Shown here piece after piece: positions 8,718 to 18,147 of a stretch of 64,000 bases of DNA. Source of the DNA: Micropepsaceae bacterium (GTDB lineage Bacteria; Pseudomonadota; Alphaproteobacteria; Micropepsales; Micropepsaceae). Position numbers and translations under genes: made by a program. The notes under the pieces were generated by a model. It searched no databases. It had not been told where the DNA came from and saw only the letters and a program-made list of their open reading frames with translations. How positions within the stretch are numbered: position 1 is the stretch's first letter; each line of letters opens with the position of its first letter. Where the stretch lies: positions 2,138 to 66,137 of the forward strand of contig JBGAPZ010000019.1 of NCBI GenBank assembly GCA_044220975.1, given 5' to 3'.

Positions 8718-9740
8718 TTGGAACTCTTTCAAAGCGTTTCGTTGCGCGTGCTTCGCGTTCTGCTGATTGCAGCGCTGGTGCTCGGTGCGGCGTTTGCGGC
8801 CGGTGTCATCTGGTACCACGCGCCGGCCGGTAAACTGATCAACGGCATGCTGGCGCTTGCGTGGTTTGCCTTCGCGCTCTTTTGCATCGCCGCCTATGTT
8901 CGTCGAGACGACAGGCGCGCGCTAGCGGCGCTTGGCGTCCCGCTCGCTGCGATCATGACCTGGTTCATCCTCATCGAGCCTTCGAACGATCGCGTCTGGT
9001 CGCCTGAGATGGCGCGCCTGCTCACCTACACTCGCGACGGCGATATGCTTACGATCGAAAACGTTCGCAACTTCAACTGGACCGGTCCTAAAACCGCGGA
9101 CGAACGGTGGGAGACGCGTCGTTACAGCCTTGCCGGTCTCAAATCCGTCGACGTGCTTTCGCTATATTGGAAGGGGCCCCGCATCGCGCATACCTATTTC
9201 AGTTTCGTGTGGCAGAACGGCGAAGCGCTCTCGCTTTCGGTCGAAATCCGAAAGGAGACCGACGAAAACTATTCGCCCATCGCCGGCTTCTTCAAGGATT
9301 ACGAACTTTCGATCCTCGCGGGCGACGAGCGCGACTTTTATGGCTGGCGCGTCTATTTCCCGAAGGAAGATATCCAGCTGTTCCACACGCGAGCCACGCG
9401 GGAGCAAGCCGGCAAACTGCTTATCGCGCTGCTTGATTCTGCAAACGAACACGCCGTCAAGCCGGAGTTCTACAACACGCTGACCGAAAACTGCACGACC
9501 GAGGTCTGGATGTTCACCGACGCCATGGGCCTTGGCCAACCCACCGATTGGCGGCTCTTCGCGTCCGGCTACCTGCCCGAATTTCTTTACGACCTCAAGG
9601 TCCTCGATGGTTCGCGGCCCATCGAAGGCTTGCGCGAGGCGGGCCACATCATGCCGCGCGTTCGCGTGGCGCTGGACCAAAATTTGACTGGCGCTGCCTT
9701 TTCAAACGCGATCCGCGAAGGCATTCCGAACTCACGTTGA
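8718..9740 (+). CDS. DUF4105-like (Lnb N-terminal domain) membrane-anchored protein
   Basis: N-terminal TM segments followed by VWSPEMARL...NFNW...SLYWKGPRIAHTYFSF...EIRKE. The start is uncertain: I propose TTG at 8718, just after the upstream stop. Confidence 0.7.
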   Translation: MELFQSVSLRVLRVLLIAALVLGAAFAAGVIWYHAPAGKLINGMLALAWFAFALFCIAAYVRRDDRRALAALGVPLAAIMTWFILIEPSNDRVWSPEMARLLTYTRDGDMLTIENVRNFNWTGPKTADERWETRRYSLAGLKSVDVLSLYWKGPRIAHTYFSFVWQNGEALSLSVEIRKETDENYSPIAGFFKDYELSILAGDERDFYGWRVYFPKEDIQLFHTRATREQAGKLLIALLDSANEHAVKPEFYNTLTENCTTEVWMFTDAMGLGQPTDWRLFASGYLPEFLYDLKVLDGSRPIEGLREAGHIMPRVRVALDQNLTGAAFSNAIREGIPNSR

Positions 9741-9816
9741 GCGCGACGACACTGGCCGCCGCTAGTTGCTTTTGCGGGCGCTGCGGCGGAGAAGTGTTCT
9801 TTCGAGGAGGGTCGCC

Positions 9817-10137
9817 ATGCCGTTTGAATTTCAGGTGAGTTTCATCGCACTGTTTTTCGCCGGTGCGTTTCTCTGCAATTGCTTGCCGCATCTGGTTGCC
9901 GGTTTGCAGGGGATGCCGTTTCCCACGCCTTTCGCAACACCGCGCGGGATCGGCAATTCTCCGCCGCTGGTGAATTTCCTTTGGGGCGCCTTCAATTTCG
10001 GAGTTGGCGCGTATCTGCTTTCGCTCTATCCGGTGACGATCGGGCCGAATATCGCGTGCGCGATCGTTGCGGCAGGTGCGTTGGCGCTTGGCCTTTATCT
10101 TTCCGTTCACTTCGGGCGCGTGCGGCGCGGCGGGTGA
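9817..10137 (+). CDS. Small hypothetical integral membrane protein
   Basis: 106-aa hydrophobic ORF with a good RBS (GAGGAGGG) before the ATG at 9817. It is tightly packed between its neighbours. Confidence 0.5.
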   Translation: MPFEFQVSFIALFFAGAFLCNCLPHLVAGLQGMPFPTPFATPRGIGNSPPLVNFLWGAFNFGVGAYLLSLYPVTIGPNIACAIVAAGALALGLYLSVHFGRVRRGG

Positions 10138-10142
10138 GGCTG

Positions 10143-10859
10143 ATGCAAGACAGCACGCCGCCGCTCAGTCAGTTCGGTCCGAGCATATGGATTGCAGACG
10201 GGACTACCGTTTCGGTTGCTGGGTTTCGGTATCCCACGCGTATGGCTGTCATCCGGTTGGCTGACAGTGGGCTTTTCGTATGGTCGCCAGTGGCGCTTTC
10301 GGATGGCGCGCGGGCGGCAGTCGATGCGCTTGGTCCCGTCCGGTTTGTTGTTGCGCCCAATGCGCTTCACGACTTGTATTTGGCTGCATGGCAAAACGCC
10401 TATCCGGCGGCTCAATTGTTTGGAGCGCCAGGGTTGGCTGCACGGCGGACGGATCTGCGCTTTACCGGTGAGCTTGGTGAGGTACCTGAGGCGGTGTGGG
10501 CGGGCGATATCGATCAGGTGCTGATGCGCAATGCGATCACGACCGAGGCCGTGTTCTTTCATCGCGTGAGCCGGACTGTGCTGTTCACGGATTTGGTCCA
10601 GCACTTCCCTCAGGGGTGGTTCAAAGGATGGCGCGCGCTGGTGGCTCGGCTAGACCGAATGACGGGGTCTGAGCCCTCGGTGCCGCAAAAGTTTCGCTTG
10701 GGCTTCACGGATCGCCGCGCCGCCCGTCTCGCCCTTCAGCGCATTCGCGCGTGGCCGGCAGAGAAAGTGCTCATGGCGCACGGCGCTCCCGTGACCGAGA
10801 ACGGCGCGGCCTTCATCGCGCGCGTATTTGAGTGGCTTGGAGAGCCCCGCGTTCAATGA
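10143..10859 (+). CDS. DUF4336-like protein (tentatively metallo-hydrolase-like fold)
   Basis: MQDSTPPLSQFGPSIWIADG...VVAPNALHDLYL...LFTDLVQHF resembles the DUF4336 family as I remember it. I chose the ATG at 10143. Confidence 0.65.
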   Translation: MQDSTPPLSQFGPSIWIADGTTVSVAGFRYPTRMAVIRLADSGLFVWSPVALSDGARAAVDALGPVRFVVAPNALHDLYLAAWQNAYPAAQLFGAPGLAARRTDLRFTGELGEVPEAVWAGDIDQVLMRNAITTEAVFFHRVSRTVLFTDLVQHFPQGWFKGWRALVARLDRMTGSEPSVPQKFRLGFTDRRAARLALQRIRAWPAEKVLMAHGAPVTENGAAFIARVFEWLGEPRVQ

Positions 10860-10870
10860 ATACTATCGCG

Positions 10871-11767
10871 CTAAGGCCTCCCGGCGTGCGGCGCGTCGAC
10901 GGTGGCAATAAGGATTTTGCCCTTTGGCTCGTGCGCGACTTCGTGGGGGAGCGAGCTTGGCGCGGTAAGCATAAATAGCGTCTTGCCGTCTTCTCCGCCA
11001 AGCATGCAAGCGTAGCAGGGCGCCTCGGTCGCGATGACCTCAACGACTTTGCCGCCGTGCGCGACGCGGTAGCACTCGGGTGCAAGGGGGTTGGCCACCC
11101 AGATCGCGCCTTCGGCGTCCAAGCAAATGCCATCGGGAATGCGCGGCCAGAGCGAGGCCCATTCACGGCGGTTCGAAAGCGTACCGTTCGCGCCAATGTC
11201 GAACGCCGTGAGGCAGCCGCCAAGGGTTTCGCCAACGATCAGTGTCTTACCATCCGGCGTGATCACCGTTCCGTTCGGGAAATGCATGTCGCTTGCCACG
11301 ACGCTGACCGTGCCGTCGTGTTGCACCAGCGTGAGTTTTGCTGCGACGTGGTCGGCGATGACGCTTTCGGCGCCCCGCTTCGTAAGTTCCGTGTCCAGGT
11401 CGAAGCCGAAATTCCCGACATAAGCGCGGCCTTCGCTGTCCACGACCATGTCATTGCAATACCAGGTCGCAATGCCGTTCAGGTCGGCGTGGACACTCAT
11501 TTGGCCAACGGGCGTACGGCGCAAAAGCTTTCGTTTTTCCATAGAAACGATCAGCATGTCGCCGTTCGGCATCCAGCCTAAGCCCGAGGGGCGATCGTCG
11601 ATCGTGAACTCCGTTCGCACGTCGCCGCTCAAGGAAACGGATTTCACCGCATGGGCGAAGAAATCGGAAAACCAAAGCCGCCCGTCATGCCAACGCGGAC
11701 CTTCGCCGAAGTAAATGCCAGTACATAGCGTGCGGGTTTCGCGGGGCATGCTTGTCTCCTTGGGCAT
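10871..11767 (-). CDS. SMP-30/gluconolactonase/LRE-family protein
   Basis: FGEGPRWHDGRLWFSD and the beta-propeller repeat pattern. Confidence 0.85.
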   Translation of the reverse strand: MPKETSMPRETRTLCTGIYFGEGPRWHDGRLWFSDFFAHAVKSVSLSGDVRTEFTIDDRPSGLGWMPNGDMLIVSMEKRKLLRRTPVGQMSVHADLNGIATWYCNDMVVDSEGRAYVGNFGFDLDTELTKRGAESVIADHVAAKLTLVQHDGTVSVVASDMHFPNGTVITPDGKTLIVGETLGGCLTAFDIGANGTLSNRREWASLWPRIPDGICLDAEGAIWVANPLAPECYRVAHGGKVVEVIATEAPCYACMLGGEDGKTLFMLTAPSSLPHEVAHEPKGKILIATVDAPHAGRP

Positions 11768-12373
11768 TCAAGATGGTAGTGCGCCTCTGCGCAGGCCTTC
11801 GATGAATGTGTTTACGGTGAGGTCGGCGATTCGTGCAGGTTTTGCGCGGCCGGCCGGGTCGAGCCAGGTGTGCATCCAGTTGATCATGCCGAAATAGAGC
11901 ATTGTCGCCGGGCGTTTCAACGCGGGCTGGCGAGCGAGGTCTGGCCGCAGCGCGACCAAAGTTTCTTCTACGATGTCGATAAGGCGGCGCTGAATCGCGA
12001 CGATCGTTTTGCGTTGTTGGTCGCCCAGATGGCGCAACTCATTAACGAGGACGCGCTGATTGCTGGCGGCGCCGAGATAGAGTTGAATGAAGCGGCGCGT
12101 CAGCGTGCGCAGCTTTTCGTCGGGTGGGAGCTTTTTCGCTGCGATCTCTTCGGCGGCGTCGAGCAAGGCTTTCACGTGGTCGTGCATCGCGTCGAACAGG
12201 ATATCCTCTTTCGAGGCGTAGTAGTGATAGAGCAGCGACTTTGACGTACCGCAGGCTTCCGCCACTTCGCTGATCGATGTCCCGTGAAAGCCATGATCGG
12301 CAAAGAGGGCTGAGGCCTTCGCGACGATTTCGCCGCGGCGTTTCTCGTAGTTTTCAGCCTGTGTGCGCGCCAT
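11768..12373 (-). CDS. TetR/AcrR-family transcriptional regulator; candidate PaaR-type repressor
   Basis: HTH signature FADHGFHGTSISEVAEACGTSKSLLYHYYASKEDIL. I chose the ATG at 12373. It is divergent from the E1 gene, with a dyad operator between them. Confidence 0.85.
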   Translation of the reverse strand: MARTQAENYEKRRGEIVAKASALFADHGFHGTSISEVAEACGTSKSLLYHYYASKEDILFDAMHDHVKALLDAAEEIAAKKLPPDEKLRTLTRRFIQLYLGAASNQRVLVNELRHLGDQQRKTIVAIQRRLIDIVEETLVALRPDLARQPALKRPATMLYFGMINWMHTWLDPAGRAKPARIADLTVNTFIEGLRRGALPS

Positions 12374-12396
12374 TGTGGGCGCACTATAGCGGTTGA

Positions 12397-12419
12397 AAAT
12401 TGACCGTCCATTCGGTTTA
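12397..12419. promoter_or_regulatory. Operator-like dyad, site 1: AAATTGACCGTCCATTCGGTTTA
   Basis: ACCG-N6-CGGT core in the 94-bp divergent TetR/E1 intergenic region. Its first 13 nt are identical to site 2. Confidence 0.55.
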
Positions 12420-12467
12420 TTAATCGGGCTTCCGCAACCCTTGTCGATCCACTGAGAAAGTTCTTCG

Positions 12468-14552
12468 ATGTCCATCGCGATGCCGAAGCGCACCGGCACA
12501 TCCGAAAACCGCGTTGACGGCGAGGTCGATTGGCGGCGCGTCGCGTGGCTGACGCATGCTTCGCGGGCGCTCGACGAACTCGAAGAAACGAAGCTCGTTC
12601 CGGAGCGGAAGATTTTCTACCAGTTTTCCGCGCGCGGGCACGACGTTGCGCAGGTGCTGCTCGGGCTACAGCTCACGAATAAGAACGATGCTATTTGCGG
12701 ATACTATCGCTCGCGACCGATTTTGCTCGCGCTCGGTGTGTCGATTGCGGATGCGCTGGGGTCGTCCATGGCGCGGGCAGGCGGATATTCCGATGGGCGC
12801 GATATCGGCGCTGTTTTCAACTATCCCAACAGCAATGGCCCGTCGGCGCTGCCGATGTGCGGTGGCGTCGGCGCGCAGTACACGCCGACCGCGGGTTGGG
12901 CGCAGGCCCTTGAGTACCGGCGCTCGGTGTTGAACGATCGCGCGTGCGACGGTGCGATTGCAGTCGCGCTCGGCGGCGACGGATCTGTGGCGACGAACGG
13001 GTTTTGGGCGTCGCTCAATATGGCGTCGGTGTTGCGGTTGCCGATGCTGTTCTACATCGAAGACAATGGCTACGGCATTTCGGTGCCGGGCTCGTTGCAG
13101 ACGCCAGGCGGCGACATCGCGGCGAACTTGAAGGCCTTCAAACAGCTTTCGGTGATTGCGGGTGACGGAACGGATCCTGCCGAAACAGGTGCTCTGATCA
13201 AGGATGCGGTGCGCCAGGTGCGCGAGCGTCGTGGACCTGCGTTGCTTCGGTTGACGGTCCCGCGGCTTGAGGGACATTCGTTTCAAGACACGCAGACATA
13301 TAAGTCCGCGGACACGATCGCGGCCGAGAAGGCGCGTGATCCGCTGCCGAAGTTGCGTGAGCATCTGGTGCCGGCGGTGATCGACGCCGCCGAATGGGAT
13401 CGCATCGCCGCCGATGCGAGGGGCGCGGTCGAAGGTGCGCGCCGCGAGGCGGAGGCGCGGCCGGTCGCCGATCTGGCGCGGACAGCGCGGCATGTGTTCT
13501 GCGAGGGCGAGATGCAGGCGATGGGCGGGCAGGCGACGCACGGTTACGTTTCGCCGCGCACAACGCCCACGGCGCAGGGCGAGGGTCAGCGCATCAATAT
13601 GGTGACGGCGATCCGGCGAACGCTGGAGCAGGAACTCAGCATCAATCCGCGCGTGGTCGTGTTCGGCGAAGACGTGGGCCCGAAGGGCGGCGTGCATGCG
13701 GTGACGTTGGGCTTACAGGAGAAGTTCGGCCTCGCACGCGTATTCGACACGTCGCTCTCCGAAGAGGGGATCATCGGGCGTGCGGTCGGGATGTCGCTCG
13801 CCGGGCTCATGCCTGTGCCGGAGATTCAATTCCGCAAATACGCCGATCCTGCGACGGAGCAGATCAACGACTGCGGGACGATGCGCTGGCGGACGAACAA
13901 CAGGTTCGCGGCGCCCATGGTCGTTCGCATGCCGATCGGGTTCTTCAAATGCGGCGATCCCTGGCACAGTCAGACGAACGAGGTGCAATACGTACATGCG
14001 CCGGGCTGGAAGGTGGCCGTACCGTCGAATGCGGAAGACGCTGTTGGGTTGTTGCGCACGGCGCTCAGGGGCAACGATCCGGTGATGTTCTTCGAGCACC
14101 GCGCCATGCTCGATGCGCCGAGCGCGCGCAAGCCTTATCCCGGTGACGATTTCGCATTGCCGTTCGGCGAAGCGCGCGTAACACGCGAGGGTAATGACCT
14201 CACGATCGTCACTTGGGGTGCGATGGTAGAGCGTTGCGAGGAAGCGGCTGAGGGGCAGTCGGTCGAGATTATCGATTTGCGCACGTTGGCGCCTTGGGAC
14301 CGCGATGCGGTCGTCGCGTCGGTGAAGCGCACGCGACGCTGCCTGATCGTGCATGAGGATTTGATCACGGCGGGGTTTGGGGCGGAGATTGCTGCAGTCG
14401 TCGCGGAGAGCGCTTTCCTCGACCTCGATGCGCCGATCTCTCGCCTTGCGATGCCCGACATACCAAGCCCCCATAATCCCGCGCTGATGGAATGGGCGCT
14501 GCCATCGGTGGACGGCATTCGTACGAAGATCGAAGCGCTGGTGGGCTTCTGA
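12468..14552 (+). CDS. 2-oxoacid dehydrogenase E1 component, fused alpha+beta subunits (TPP-dependent)
   Basis: 694-aa protein. The N-terminal half is E1-alpha-like and the C-terminal half is E1-beta/transketolase-like (VVFGEDVGPKGGV...). The stop overlaps the E2 start. Confidence 0.85.
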   Translation: MSIAMPKRTGTSENRVDGEVDWRRVAWLTHASRALDELEETKLVPERKIFYQFSARGHDVAQVLLGLQLTNKNDAICGYYRSRPILLALGVSIADALGSSMARAGGYSDGRDIGAVFNYPNSNGPSALPMCGGVGAQYTPTAGWAQALEYRRSVLNDRACDGAIAVALGGDGSVATNGFWASLNMASVLRLPMLFYIEDNGYGISVPGSLQTPGGDIAANLKAFKQLSVIAGDGTDPAETGALIKDAVRQVRERRGPALLRLTVPRLEGHSFQDTQTYKSADTIAAEKARDPLPKLREHLVPAVIDAAEWDRIAADARGAVEGARREAEARPVADLARTARHVFCEGEMQAMGGQATHGYVSPRTTPTAQGEGQRINMVTAIRRTLEQELSINPRVVVFGEDVGPKGGVHAVTLGLQEKFGLARVFDTSLSEEGIIGRAVGMSLAGLMPVPEIQFRKYADPATEQINDCGTMRWRTNNRFAAPMVVRMPIGFFKCGDPWHSQTNEVQYVHAPGWKVAVPSNAEDAVGLLRTALRGNDPVMFFEHRAMLDAPSARKPYPGDDFALPFGEARVTREGNDLTIVTWGAMVERCEEAAEGQSVEIIDLRTLAPWDRDAVVASVKRTRRCLIVHEDLITAGFGAEIAAVVAESAFLDLDAPISRLAMPDIPSPHNPALMEWALPSVDGIRTKIEALVGF

Positions 14553-15703
14553 TGGCCGACATCATTGTTCCTGCCGAGCAGGAAGGCACGACGGCGGTCG
14601 TGAAGAATTGGCTGAAGAAAGTTGGCGAGACGGTGCGCATCAACGATCCGCTGGTCGAGATCGAGACCGATAAGGTCGCAGTCGAAATCGCGGCGACGGC
14701 GGACGGGGTTCTGTCGGAGATCCTGCTCGACGAGGGCGCCGAAGTGGAGCCTGGCACGGTGCTCGGGCGCATTGCGAGCGGTGTCGGCGTTCAAGAAACC
14801 AAATCCGCGCCCAAGTCCGCGACGCGAAGTGCTGCGGTCCAGCCACGTTCCGCGGGCGATCAGTTGCCGCCAGGCGTTCGGCGAATGCTTGCCGAGCATA
14901 GCCTTGAGGCGGGCGACGTTCCGGTCAGCGGCGATCGCCTGACGCGCGAAGACATTCAGGCATTCGTCGATGCGCGCGCGAAAGCTGCGCCGGGACCGGC
15001 CCCGCACGGTGTCACGCGGATGCCGCACGATTCCATGCGCAAGCGGATTGCCGAACATCTTTCGCAATCCGTGCGTACCGCCCCGCATGTGACCGCCGTG
15101 TTCGAAGCGGATTTCTCGGCCATCATTGCGCACAGGAACGCACACAAATCCGCGTTCGAAAAGACGGGCGCCAATTTGACGTTCACGGCGTATTTTGTTG
15201 TGGCGTGCGTGGCGGCGATGAAGGTGGCGCCTGCCGTGAACGGGCGATGGTTCGACGACCGCATCGAGATCGCGGACGACATCAATATCGGTATCGGGAC
15301 CGCGCTGGGCGAGAAGGGGTTGATCGTTCCGGTTATTCACAAAGCGCAAGCGTTGTCGCTGCTCGAGGTTGCAAAGCAGCTGAGCGATCTGACCGAACGC
15401 GCGCGGTCGGGAAAGCTTTCGCCAGCGGACGTGCGCGACGGGACATTTTCGATCTCGAACCACGGCGTTTCCGGCTCGCTTGTTGCGTCGCCCATCATCA
15501 TCAACCAACCGCAGTCCGCGATCTTAGGTGTGGGTAAGCTTCAGAAGCGCGTGGTGGTGCGCGAAGCCGGCGGAGTTGATAAGATAGAAATCCGCCCAAT
15601 GGCCTATGTGTCGCTCACGATCGATCATCGCGTGATCGATGCGTTTCAAACGAACGCGTGGTTGACGCGGTTCGTCGAGATGCTGGAGACATGGGCGGAC
15701 TAG
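14552..15703 (+). CDS. Dihydrolipoamide acyltransferase (E2) with lipoyl, E3-binding and catalytic domains
   Basis: Lipoyl motif EIETDKV, a peripheral-subunit-binding segment (PPGVRRMLAEHSL), and catalytic DHRVIDA. Confidence 0.9.
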   Translation: MADIIVPAEQEGTTAVVKNWLKKVGETVRINDPLVEIETDKVAVEIAATADGVLSEILLDEGAEVEPGTVLGRIASGVGVQETKSAPKSATRSAAVQPRSAGDQLPPGVRRMLAEHSLEAGDVPVSGDRLTREDIQAFVDARAKAAPGPAPHGVTRMPHDSMRKRIAEHLSQSVRTAPHVTAVFEADFSAIIAHRNAHKSAFEKTGANLTFTAYFVVACVAAMKVAPAVNGRWFDDRIEIADDINIGIGTALGEKGLIVPVIHKAQALSLLEVAKQLSDLTERARSGKLSPADVRDGTFSISNHGVSGSLVASPIIINQPQSAILGVGKLQKRVVVREAGGVDKIEIRPMAYVSLTIDHRVIDAFQTNAWLTRFVEMLETWAD

Positions 15704-15714
15704 GAGCAAGACGA

Positions 15715-16929
15715 ATGGCACAGCCACACATTCAAGCCGTGACGCCCTCGCTGTTCGGCGCGTTGAAGACGCAGCCGCAGGACCCTTTGCTGGCACTGAT
15801 GGCGGAGTTCCGAAACGACCCGCGCGAGGGGAAGATCGACCTCGGCGTCGGGATGTATCGCGATGCGACCGGCATCACGCCGGTCATGCGAGCCGTGAAG
15901 GCGGCCGAGCGTATCTTGCTCGAGACGCAAACGACCAAAGGCTACATGGGGACGGAAGGCGATTTTGTGTTCGTCGATTTGCTGAAGCCGATCGTCTTCG
16001 GCGAGGCGGTTGCGAAAAGCGATCGGATCGTGGGGCTGCAAACGCCTGGCGGTACGGGCGCGTTGCGCCTTGGGGCTGAGTTGATTGCGGCGGTCAGGCC
16101 GCGCGCGAAGGTGTGGCTCGGCGAGCCGACCTGGCCGAACCATCGGCCGCTTCTCAATGCGGCGCGGCTTGCGGTCGAAGGGTTCAAGCATTTCGACAAG
16201 GCGGCGCAAACGCTGCCTTTCGACGAGACGGTGGGGGCACTCAATCGCGCGGAGCCAGGCGACATCGTCGTTCTGCAAGCGTGTTGTCACAACCCAACGG
16301 GCGCCGACTACAGCATTGAGCAGTGGCGTGTCATTGCGGAGATGTTTGCGAAGCGGGGTCTCGTGCCTTTTTTCGACTTTGCCTACCAAGGCCTCGGCGA
16401 TGGGTTGGATGCGGATGCCAAAGGCATGCGCCTCGTCCTTGACCACGTGGATGAGGCGCTGATCGGTTATGCGAGCGACAAGAATTTCGGCGTCTATCGC
16501 GAGCGCGTCGGCGCGTTGTTCGTGATGGCTAACAATGGACGCGCTGCGAGTGCCGCGTACACGCAGGCGCAGGCGCTCGCGCGCGCGAACTGGTCGATGC
16601 CGTCGGATCACGGCGCCGCGGTGGTGCGGCTGGTGCTGCAATCGGCGGAACTTACGCGGGATTGGAAAGCAGAGCTCGACGGCATGCGAGCGCGCATTCT
16701 GAGCAACCGCGCCCGGCTTGCGGCGCTCAATCCTCGGCTCAGTGCGGTCGAGCAACAGCGCGGCATGTTCAGCCAAATTCAGATCGCGCCGGAGGCGGTG
16801 GCCCGTCTAAAAGACGAACATGCGGTCTACATTGTGGGCTCGGGCCGAATGAATGTCGCCGGCTTCCGCGACGATGGCGAGGTCGTTCGGTTCGCCAAAG
16901 CGCTAGCTTCAGTGAACGGCGACGGCTAA
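15715..16929 (+). CDS. Class I aromatic/aspartate aminotransferase (TyrB/AspC-like)
   Basis: FRNDPREGKIDLGVGMYRD and ...SKNFGVYRERVG (PLP-Lys region). RBS AGGAG lies before the ATG at 15715. Confidence 0.9.
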   Translation: MAQPHIQAVTPSLFGALKTQPQDPLLALMAEFRNDPREGKIDLGVGMYRDATGITPVMRAVKAAERILLETQTTKGYMGTEGDFVFVDLLKPIVFGEAVAKSDRIVGLQTPGGTGALRLGAELIAAVRPRAKVWLGEPTWPNHRPLLNAARLAVEGFKHFDKAAQTLPFDETVGALNRAEPGDIVVLQACCHNPTGADYSIEQWRVIAEMFAKRGLVPFFDFAYQGLGDGLDADAKGMRLVLDHVDEALIGYASDKNFGVYRERVGALFVMANNGRAASAAYTQAQALARANWSMPSDHGAAVVRLVLQSAELTRDWKAELDGMRARILSNRARLAALNPRLSAVEQQRGMFSQIQIAPEAVARLKDEHAVYIVGSGRMNVAGFRDDGEVVRFAKALASVNGDG

Positions 16930-18147
16930 CGACGCAAAGCCGCGAAAGCGGGCGCGGCGATTGCGTTTCGGCTGCTCGGTCAGTTCGTAGTTTGGGAAGC
17001 GCTTCATCCACTTGCCGAGAGCGATGCGGCCTTCCATGCGCGCGAGGTTCATGCCGGCACATTGGTGCGGGCCGGCCGCGAACGCCAAATGACGGTTTGG
17101 GGTTCGTGCAATGTCGAAGCGTTCGGCATCGGCGAATTCGTCTGGGTCGCGGTTTGCCGCGCCGATGCCGAGCGTGACGAACGTGCCCGGTTCAATCGCG
17201 AACCCGGCGATATCGGTTGCGCGCGTCGTGACGCGGTTGCCGAGCTGGTTCGAGCTTTCGTAGCGCAGCACTTCTTCGATCGCCGAACGGAGCAGCGTTT
17301 CGTTTGTGAGAAGACGCGCGCGCTCATCGCGGACGCGGTCGAACAGTTCGATCGCGTTGCCGATGAGGTTCGTGGTCGTTTCGTGGCCGGCATTCAGGAG
17401 GAAGACGCAGTTCTCAGCGAGTTCGGGACCGGAGAGCGGCTCGCCTTCGCTTTGGAGCAGCCGGGTTAAGACGTCATGGTCGGGGTCGCCCGGATGCTTG
17501 CGGCGTTCTTCGATTAGGATGTCGAGGTAGGCGTGGAAGTCGGTCAACGCTTGTTCGCCGCGCGCGAAGGCTTCGCGCGCGAGGACAGGTTCTAAAGCGC
17601 CCAGGATCGCGAGCGACCAGTCGCGCAGCGGCGCGCGATCGGCCATCGGGATTGCGAGCAGGTCGCCGATCACTTCGATGGGAATCGCGCCTGCGAAGTC
17701 CGCTATCGCATCGATTGCACGCTTGGCGGCCGCTTCGTCGAGTAGGCGGTCGACGAGGCGTTCAAGCTTCGGCTCGAGGGGCGCCAACGCTTTCGGTACG
17801 AGCGCACCCATGATCGAGCGCCGTACACGCGGGTGATACGGCGCGTCATTGAAGACGAGGCTCGTTGTGTGGTGACGAAACAGGCGTGAGTTGGTGCCGA
17901 ATTTCGGACCGAACTCAGCTTTCTTGTCGGAGGAGAACGTCGCCGTGTCCTGATAGACGGCGAGCACGTCGGCGTAGCGGCTTAGGAAGACGGCGCCATC
18001 AGGCAGGCGCATTACCGGATCGTGCTTGCGTAGCGCGCGGTAGGTTGGGAAGGGGTCGTCGTAGAAGCTGTCGGGCAATTTCTTCAGGTCGAAGATGCGG
18101 GCGAGATCGGCGTCGCTCATCCAAGGCGGCTTTCGATCCAATCCCAA
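16909..18147 (-). CDS. Cytochrome P450
   Basis: Heme-binding loop FAAGPHQCAGMNLAR, an EVLRY (ExxR) motif and an AGHETT I-helix. Confidence 0.9.
   Translation of the reverse strand: MGLDRKPPWMSDADLARIFDLKKLPDSFYDDPFPTYRALRKHDPVMRLPDGAVFLSRYADVLAVYQDTATFSSDKKAEFGPKFGTNSRLFRHHTTSLVFNDAPYHPRVRRSIMGALVPKALAPLEPKLERLVDRLLDEAAAKRAIDAIADFAGAIPIEVIGDLLAIPMADRAPLRDWSLAILGALEPVLAREAFARGEQALTDFHAYLDILIEERRKHPGDPDHDVLTRLLQSEGEPLSGPELAENCVFLLNAGHETTTNLIGNAIELFDRVRDERARLLTNETLLRSAIEEVLRYESSNQLGNRVTTRATDIAGFAIEPGTFVTLGIGAANRDPDEFADAERFDIARTPNRHLAFAAGPHQCAGMNLARMEGRIALGKWMKRFPNYELTEQPKRNRRARFRGFASLAVAVH

Noticed and set aside
14135-15508. 457-aa minus-strand ORF
   Set aside because: It is antisense to the E2 acyltransferase, which has lipoyl and catalytic motifs. 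This is shadow ORF composition.
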